From positions 1 through 30,820 of the IMG/VR virus record IMGVR_UViG_3300049844_000026: DNA of 30,820 bases; one strand, 5' to 3'. Positions 25,800 to 30,820 of the stretch are shown here, piece by piece. Position numbers and translations under genes: made by a program. The DNA comes from a virus. Its lineage: Duplodnaviria; Caudoviricetes. The notes under the pieces were generated by a model. That model was not told the DNA's origin, made no database searches, and was given only the letters and a program-made list of their open reading frames with translations. Each line of letters begins with the position of its first letter. Position 1 is the first letter of the stretch.

Positions 25800-26387
25800 T
25801 CAAAGCGCAGGAATCCAACTCTTTTTAACATCCCAAGGACGTGGATTTCCGTGGAAACAGATCACACTAGCTCCAGTTGGCACGGTTTTCAATGAATGCG
25901 CCTTGTAGCTGAATATCTTGTTTGGCAACTCAAGCTGCCAGCGCTTGCACGGCAAAACGTCACGCAAATAACCCTGATCACCCCAATACTCGCGGGTGAC
26001 GCAGCGTTTCATGTGCGCCTCTGGATTTTCTATCCAGTCAGACCAAACCCTGTCCTTATCGCTATTTTTGATCAGCATCAAGCCGGACGCAGGCAGGTGT
26101 GGCTTGTAAAAGTCGCTCAGCAATGTGGTGTGTTCAAGCGATTCGAGCTGCTCAATTCCACCCACGACAACCGTGTCCAAATCAAAAAACAGCAGGTCGT
26201 CCTCGATGTCCGGCCGAAACAGTTCCATCTTCGCCCACCAGCCTGGCCAATCGTGTTTAAGCCTGATCGTCGGCACACCATCGACATCGACATCAGACAG
26301 GCAAACCAAATCAGGAACCTGACGTGCAAGCCACTGGACGTGCTGCGGCCCGTATTCCTTGCCACTTCTCAAAACGCAGATTCTCAC
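25800..26387 (-). CDS. GT-A fold glycosyltransferase (GT8-like)
   Basis: WWAKMELF, DxD motif FFDLDTVV, GDQGYL and CFHGNPRPW. Confidence 0.85.
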   Translation of the reverse strand: MRICVLRSGKEYGPQHVQWLARQVPDLVCLSDVDVDGVPTIRLKHDWPGWWAKMELFRPDIEDDLLFFDLDTVVVGGIEQLESLEHTTLLSDFYKPHLPASGLMLIKNSDKDRVWSDWIENPEAHMKRCVTREYWGDQGYLRDVLPCKRWQLELPNKIFSYKAHSLKTVPTGASVICFHGNPRPWDVKKSWIPAL

Positions 26388-26983
26388 AGCAGATCCTCAA
26401 GATTTTGTCGTGGAAACATATCGAGCGCAGTCACCCTGCTTGCATTGATGATTTCAGCTTCAGGATGGTCGTCTCTGAGCTTCTGAAACAACGCAGGCCA
26501 CCTGTCTATCTGCCTCGCATTTGCAAGCCCTCTGGGGTGGTTTCCATGCCAATGAGCCTTGCCATCAGTGTGCTGGCAATCGAACCCAAGCATGATCACG
26601 CGAGCTGCATCGCCAAACAGCGCCAGAGACACGCCGCCAGCGCCAGAATTGCCATAAGCGTTGAACTTGGCTGGATTCAGGTATGTCGTCATGTACTTCG
26701 CTGGCAGATTGTTCGTGCAGAACCTCTGTCCAACGAAGTCACGGTTCACTTCATCGAGATGCAAAGACCACCAAGGCTCATCAAGAGCAAACAGAGCGTC
26801 AGCCCAAGGCGCAGCTCTGAATGTGGTGTTGGCGACGATTACTGCCTTTTGGCCTTGCGTCCAGTCTTGCTGGATTTCTTCTCTGGCTCGCCAGCTTCTG
26901 ACTCGCTCGATGTCTCCTCTGTTGAGGCTTGGCCCACTGGCAAGGACGACGACTGTTCCTCCTCGCCACCTTCCGCTAAAGGG
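26384..26983 (-). CDS. DUF115/MptE/Maf/CstII-like domain, expressed as a -1 frameshift extension of the upstream ORF
   Basis: The frame is open well upstream of the track's TTG (26764): FSGRWRGGTVVVLASGPSL...VIVANTTFRAAPWADALFALDEPWW...GNSG...ARVIMLGFDC...HWHG. No start codon precedes these motifs. Slippery CCCTTTA at 26977-26983. Confidence 0.75.
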   Translation of the reverse strand, partial: PFSGRWRGGTVVVLASGPSLNRGDIERVRSWRAREEIQQDWTQGQKAVIVANTTFRAAPWADALFALDEPWWSLHLDEVNRDFVGQRFCTNNLPAKYMTTYLNPAKFNAYGNSGAGGVSLALFGDAARVIMLGFDCQHTDGKAHWHGNHPRGLANARQIDRWPALFQKLRDDHPEAEIINASRVTALDMFPRQNLEDLL

Positions 26984-27138
26984 CGATCCATAGCCTCCTT
27001 GGTTTCCATGCGCACAGCTTCTCCGCGTTCGATGAGAAACAAACCGAGCTGATCAGCAACTTCAACTGGAACGCCAGCTGGAAGACGGCCATAGCCAACA
27101 GCCATGACTGGCTTTTTCGATGTAACTACGATTTTCAT
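26839..27138 (-). CDS. Small post-capsid protein (0-frame product)
   Basis: GGAG RBS. N-terminal GxxxEVxxxxxxxLIxxGxA domain followed by a low-complexity tail. Confidence 0.8.
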   Translation of the reverse strand: MKIVVTSKKPVMAVGYGRLPAGVPVEVADQLGLFLIERGEAVRMETKEAMDRPLAEGGEEEQSSSLPVGQASTEETSSESEAGEPEKKSSKTGRKAKRQ

Positions 27139-27148
27139 AATCTACTCC

Positions 27149-27174
27149 ATCACAAATGTGAAATCATTCTATCA
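27149..27174 (-). promoter_or_regulatory. Extended -10 promoter and operator for the post-capsid cassette
   Basis: Minus strand reads TGA-TAGAAT, then TTCACATTTGTGAT (27149-27162), then the GGAG RBS. Confidence 0.6.
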
Positions 27175-27176
27175 AT

Positions 27177-27203
27177 AAAAAAGCCCTCCGAAGAGGGCTT
27201 TTT
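27177..27203 (-). terminator. Intrinsic terminator after the major capsid gene
   Basis: GCCCTC-TTCG-GAGGGC (C-UUCG-G loop) flanked by A and T runs. Confidence 0.9.
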
Positions 27204-27215
27204 GATTCACAACTG

Positions 27216-28364
27216 TTAAGCTGTGAAGTTGCCATACAGCAAGCCAGCAGGACGCTCAACACCTAAGCCAAGGCGCTCTTCAGCGCGGATAGTGATCAGG
27301 TTGTTGGTGAAGTCTGCATTTTGATAGCCCATCTCGATGACTGCGCCGCTGCGGTTATACAACACGGCAGAAGTGCGCAATGCGCCGATCAAGAACTTAC
27401 CAGCTGTCATGTTGTTAGACAACACAACGTTCACGCCGAATGGGTTCATACCAGCGGCCATGCCAGGCATACCGTACAGGTACTCACCAGCGCCGCCAGT
27501 GTAAGTCTCGCGAGTACGCTCCAAAGCGCCCCAATCAGCTGGGTTCACAACCACAGTGTCAGGAGCATTGCCAGTTGCCCACAATGCGTACTTGGCGCGG
27601 TTGATTGCGTCGACCAGCAAGTCATCGCTGGTAGCTGTGTAAGCGGTAAAGTTGCCGCTGTCAGTCAAGCCAGACAAGTTGGGGCTAGTGCCGTTGCCGT
27701 TCAACAACTGAGCGTCGATGCGCTGGGCCAAGCCGTCACGCAAGCGAGTTTCAATGTAAGCCACAACAGCAGGAGCGTCAGCCAACAGCTGATTCGAAAT
27801 CTTTATCCAGTGTGCAACAGTGGTAATTGGCACGTTGTATTGCTCGAAAGTCACGTCAGACTCAGGCTTGGCGGCGCCTTGAGACACTTCAGCAGCAGAG
27901 TTTGTCCAGCTGGCTTCGCGCAATGCGTTGACCATGTTGGTAGACACTGTGATGCTTGTCAAGGCAGCACGGATGCTGGTTGGAGCAAAGTTGCCAGGGA
28001 TGATGCCAGGCTTCTGGTCTGGGAACACAGTTGTCGAACCAGAGGTGACAGTGTTTTTGACTTCAAAGCGAGCGCGTTGAGTGTTGCCAACAACGATCTG
28101 CTTGAATTGCTCAGACTTCACGAATTCTTCAGCAGCAGACAAAGGTTTAGCTTCGGCTTGCATACCAGCAGTTTGCTTTTGAGCCAACTCAACCATTTGT
28201 GCAGACAAAGATTTGAACTGCTCAGACAGTTCTTTCACTTCGCCTTTGACTTCGGTGTCAACGTTGCCTTTTTCTTTGAGCTGACCTTCGAATTTCTCGA
28301 TTGCAGCTTGCAATTTCACTTCTTGCTTGGCCAAGCCAGCTTCGATGATGTCTTTGAGTTCCAT
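27216..28364 (-). CDS. Major capsid protein, HK97 fold
   Basis: N-terminal coiled delta domain, VSQGAAKPES, AHWIKIS.QLLADAP, QLLNGNG, TIRAEERLGL.V.RP. Confidence 0.97.
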   Translation of the reverse strand: MELKDIIEAGLAKQEVKLQAAIEKFEGQLKEKGNVDTEVKGEVKELSEQFKSLSAQMVELAQKQTAGMQAEAKPLSAAEEFVKSEQFKQIVVGNTQRARFEVKNTVTSGSTTVFPDQKPGIIPGNFAPTSIRAALTSITVSTNMVNALREASWTNSAAEVSQGAAKPESDVTFEQYNVPITTVAHWIKISNQLLADAPAVVAYIETRLRDGLAQRIDAQLLNGNGTSPNLSGLTDSGNFTAYTATSDDLLVDAINRAKYALWATGNAPDTVVVNPADWGALERTRETYTGGAGEYLYGMPGMAAGMNPFGVNVVLSNNMTAGKFLIGALRTSAVLYNRSGAVIEMGYQNADFTNNLITIRAEERLGLGVERPAGLLYGNFTA

Positions 28365-28382
28365 GATGATTTCCTTCAGGAG

Positions 28383-29021
28383 TTAGTTTGCTTTAATCTG
28401 GAATAGCTTGGCAATTTCTTGCTTCGCCTTTTCTTCTGCCAAAAGCTCACCTTTCAGCAAGGACTTGATGCGCGATACCAGCATACACGCATCATTCCGA
28501 CTAAAGCCACCTGACTCCCTCAGCGCAGCTTCAACTTCACGAATGCTTGAGGCAGTTTCAATTGCAGACTTCACGCTATTGATCGTAGCGTTCAAATCTG
28601 CTGGTTCTTCAACAACACTGATCTCAAACAGTTCAATTTCCTTGAGCAAGCGACGACCTTCGCCGATCAGCTCGCTCTTCGTTGGCATATAGCCGATCGA
28701 CATACCATCAATCGCGCCATGCTTCATCGAGGCATACACGTCACCAGCAACTGAATGGCCAGGCGTCAATTGACCCTCGACAAACAAACCCTTGCTGTCA
28801 ACAAACATATTCTTCCACTTGCCGATGATCGGGCCGTAGTGGTTCCAGCGCAAACGAATTGGACGCTCGCGATTCACAAGAGTCTTGTCGTATGCGTTCG
28901 GATCAATCGTGTCTCCATAAGCGTCTACGCCACCAAAGACGGAAGCGTAGCCGGAGAACGACATATCGTCACCGACGAATTTCAGTTGGAGCGAATCAAC
29001 GCCTAATTGTTTGATTTCCAT
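28383..29021 (-). CDS. Prohead protease, HK97 family
   Basis: FSGYASVFGGVDAYGD, WNH...IGKW, GMSIGY, EISVVEEPA. Confidence 0.95.
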   Translation of the reverse strand: MEIKQLGVDSLQLKFVGDDMSFSGYASVFGGVDAYGDTIDPNAYDKTLVNRERPIRLRWNHYGPIIGKWKNMFVDSKGLFVEGQLTPGHSVAGDVYASMKHGAIDGMSIGYMPTKSELIGEGRRLLKEIELFEISVVEEPADLNATINSVKSAIETASSIREVEAALRESGGFSRNDACMLVSRIKSLLKGELLAEEKAKQEIAKLFQIKAN

Positions 29022-29042
29022 AAAAGTTTCCCTCTTCACGGA

Positions 29043-29071
29043 ATTGTACGACCTCAGTGTAACAACAGCAA
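29043..29071 (-). promoter_or_regulatory. Putative promoter for protease and capsid
   Basis: TTGCTG-17 nt-TACAAT upstream of the protease gene. Confidence 0.45.
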
Positions 29072-29650
29072 CACATCGTTGCGCTTTCTTTTGGCTTTGC
29101 GAATCACTTCGTCAGCCAGCAATGGCCACGGTTGCCATTCCAAATCTTGCCTCTGCCGTCCACCCTGCGGAATTGCTGTTGGCTGAGGCTTCTGGCCAGA
29201 CGCCGAGAATTTGTCTGACGCCTCGGATGCAGATAGCAAGCCTTCAACCAGAACTTCTCCGGATGCAGACATGGAGTCAGATCCAGTCTCAGACGCATCG
29301 ATCAATCCGTCAATAAACGCAATCGCCTCAGACAGAAACTCATCAGATCCAGTCTCTGAGGCATTCAGTTCGCCAGACAGGAACGCGATGCCAGAAGCTG
29401 AAAGCGAATCCTCGCCAGTTTCTGACGCTTCGAGCGATCCCTGCGCCGTAATATCGCCAGCTGCGTAAAGCGTGTCTGCGCCTTCGGTGGCAGAAAATAG
29501 ACCAGAGGCGGGTAGCGCGAAGTATATTGGGGAGTCAAATACATCAACACCCTCGGCCTTTTGGTGAAAAAAGTAATACCAATTGGCTTGAACTATGCCA
29601 CCAAGGGAGGAGCCATCGCCCTCCAGTGCCGACATTGCTCCTGTTGTCAT
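29054..29650 (-). CDS. Acidic repeat protein (about 22-aa ASETGSD repeats), probably structural
   Basis: About five tandem units with 66-bp DNA periodicity. C-terminus KRKRNDVLLLLH. Confidence 0.75.
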   Translation of the reverse strand: MTTGAMSALEGDGSSLGGIVQANWYYFFHQKAEGVDVFDSPIYFALPASGLFSATEGADTLYAAGDITAQGSLEASETGEDSLSASGIAFLSGELNASETGSDEFLSEAIAFIDGLIDASETGSDSMSASGEVLVEGLLSASEASDKFSASGQKPQPTAIPQGGRQRQDLEWQPWPLLADEVIRKAKRKRNDVLLLLH

Positions 29651-30021
29651 GGTGCGTGCGTAATCGACGCGCTGTTGATTGTGATTGTCTGGCCAGCAGT
29701 GATTGTCACGCTGTCAAGATTGATGTCAGCGCCTGACGTACCAACGGTTAATCCGGTGATGATGTCGGTGCCATCGACTGCTGTGCGAATGCGTGCGGCA
29801 GCGGCCGTACCGCTGTTGTCGGCCGTTGTGTCAGACTTCGGAAAACCAGCAAACGTCATCACGCCAGATGCCACTGTAGCGGCTGGGTTATCAAGCGGAA
29901 TGACGGCCAGCACAGCGGCCATAGAGGCCGTGCCGATCTCAAGCACTGCCGTTGTACCCATAGCCGTCACAACGGCGTTCAAACGGGCATTTTTCACTGC
30001 GGTTGTGTATGTCACGGCCAT
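29647..30021 (-). CDS. Small Thr/Ala/Gly-rich beta protein, probably structural
   Basis: SGTAAAARI...GLTVGTSGADINLDSVTITAGQTITINS. Lies between portal and protease. Confidence 0.75.
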   Translation of the reverse strand: MAVTYTTAVKNARLNAVVTAMGTTAVLEIGTASMAAVLAVIPLDNPAATVASGVMTFAGFPKSDTTADNSGTAAAARIRTAVDGTDIITGLTVGTSGADINLDSVTITAGQTITINSASITHAP

Positions 30022-30023
30022 GT

Positions 30024-30820
30024 TTATTTCTCGTAGGTGATGATGGTTTTGCTGATTTCGTCGTTTGCATCGCGCTCGACGGTTTGCACAGCACGCTTAG
30101 GGTGATTGTCAACAACTGTCACGTCAGATGGCTTGATATCGTTGTAGACGTTTACTGTTGGGTTGACCTGCTTGAGTTCTGGCATCACAGCCTCAACAAC
30201 GACATTGTTTTCAGGAACGTTGATCACATTCTTTATGTCAGGAGTGTTCACGTTGGTGACATTTTTCTGCTCTGGCAGGTTGACATAGTTGTTGATCACT
30301 GGAGGTGGAGTTGGGGCGCTCTTTGTGCTTGTTTGCACCAGTGTGCGCAACGATTTCACCTCATCCATGAGTCGTTGCATCTCATCTTGCTTGAGCTTGT
30401 CATTGATGTCGGCCATCGGATCTGCGACAGGTGCGACAGTATCTGCTGACTGGCCAAGGCCATCGACAGGAGCCATAGCGCCCTGAATCAACAACTGATC
30501 GCCACCGTCTTTCTCTGGCAGATGCTCCATTGCGCGAGCTTCGTTCGGAGTCATCAAGCCGTTTGTAATGGCGATGCGATACGACTCGTAGCGAGATTTC
30601 ACGTCTGCGCGGAGTAGGGCGTCGAAGTCAAACGCGACATCCATGCGATCACGCTCTGAGGCAGTCATCAAGTTCACCAAGATGCTGGCCTCAATCTTCT
30701 CAAGCAATGGGCGCAGTGACAGCTTGTAGAAGCCCTGCATCACCTGCTCGATACCGGAACCCCAAACGCTCGTGCCAGACGAGTCGTTGACCATCACGGA
30801 CGGCACGCCGTACCAGCGGC
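30024..30820 (-). CDS. Portal protein (HK97 family), 3' part, with long C-terminal extension
   Basis: YG(V)P, WGSGIEQ, L.P....IE, FDFDALLRAD, GLMTPNEARAME.LP...GGD.L. Frame open to the window edge. Confidence 0.95.
   Translation of the reverse strand, partial: RWYGVPSVMVNDSSGTSVWGSGIEQVMQGFYKLSLRPLLEKIEASILVNLMTASERDRMDVAFDFDALLRADVKSRYESYRIAITNGLMTPNEARAMEHLPEKDGGDQLLIQGAMAPVDGLGQSADTVAPVADPMADINDKLKQDEMQRLMDEVKSLRTLVQTSTKSAPTPPPVINNYVNLPEQKNVTNVNTPDIKNVINVPENNVVVEAVMPELKQVNPTVNVYNDIKPSDVTVVDNHPKRAVQTVERDANDEISKTIITYEK

Noticed and set aside
26384-26764. Stand-alone 126-aa gene starting at TTG 26764, or a pseudogene
   Set aside because: The start falls mid-domain with no evident RBS. The upstream frame is intact and carries complete frameshift signals.
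27321-28406. 361-aa plus-strand ORF antisense to the capsid gene
   Set aside because: Shadow ORF from codon bias of a highly expressed gene; no motifs. The same applies to 6238-6969, 11348-11971, 25896-26486, 26324-27052 and the many ORFs antisense to the TMP.
29200-29440. 66-bp periodic repeats as a CRISPR array
   Set aside because: The repeats are degenerate, in frame and explained by a protein repeat. No cas genes are present.
30248-30259. TCACGTTGGTGA operator-like palindrome in the portal gene
   Set aside because: It matches only the 8-bp core, lies in coding sequence with no nearby promoter, and about one such chance hit is plausible in 31 kb.

Overview
This window is most of a tailed dsDNA phage genome with an HK97-type head and a non-contractile tail. 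The Rz/Rz1 spanins imply a Gram-negative host. 1-3173 (minus) is a recombination arm with a RecE-like PD-(D/E)XK nuclease and a Sak4-like AAA ATPase. 3305-10610 (plus) is an early/replication arm with an amino-MTase, SF2 helicase, Cro, MazG, AlpA/Xis-like protein and many small ORFs. 10601-30820 (minus) is the late arm, running portal, protease, capsid, neck, tail, tape measure, fibre and lysis genes. Four free-standing homing endonucleases of different architecture are inserted. The main find is a probable second programmed -1 frameshift just after the capsid gene (internal SD, CCCTTTA, stem-loop). It would fuse a small post-capsid protein to a DUF115/Maf/CstII-like domain, and a GT-A glycosyltransferase follows, making a candidate virion-glycosylation cassette. 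Other finds are a TCACA-N2-TGTGA operator at four putative promoters, a kissing-loop attenuator-like RNA upstream of an HNH gene, -10 boxes embedded in hairpins, and an HNH gene that seems to have captured the C-terminus of the gene it invaded. All family calls come from motif recognition by eye; no database searches were run.
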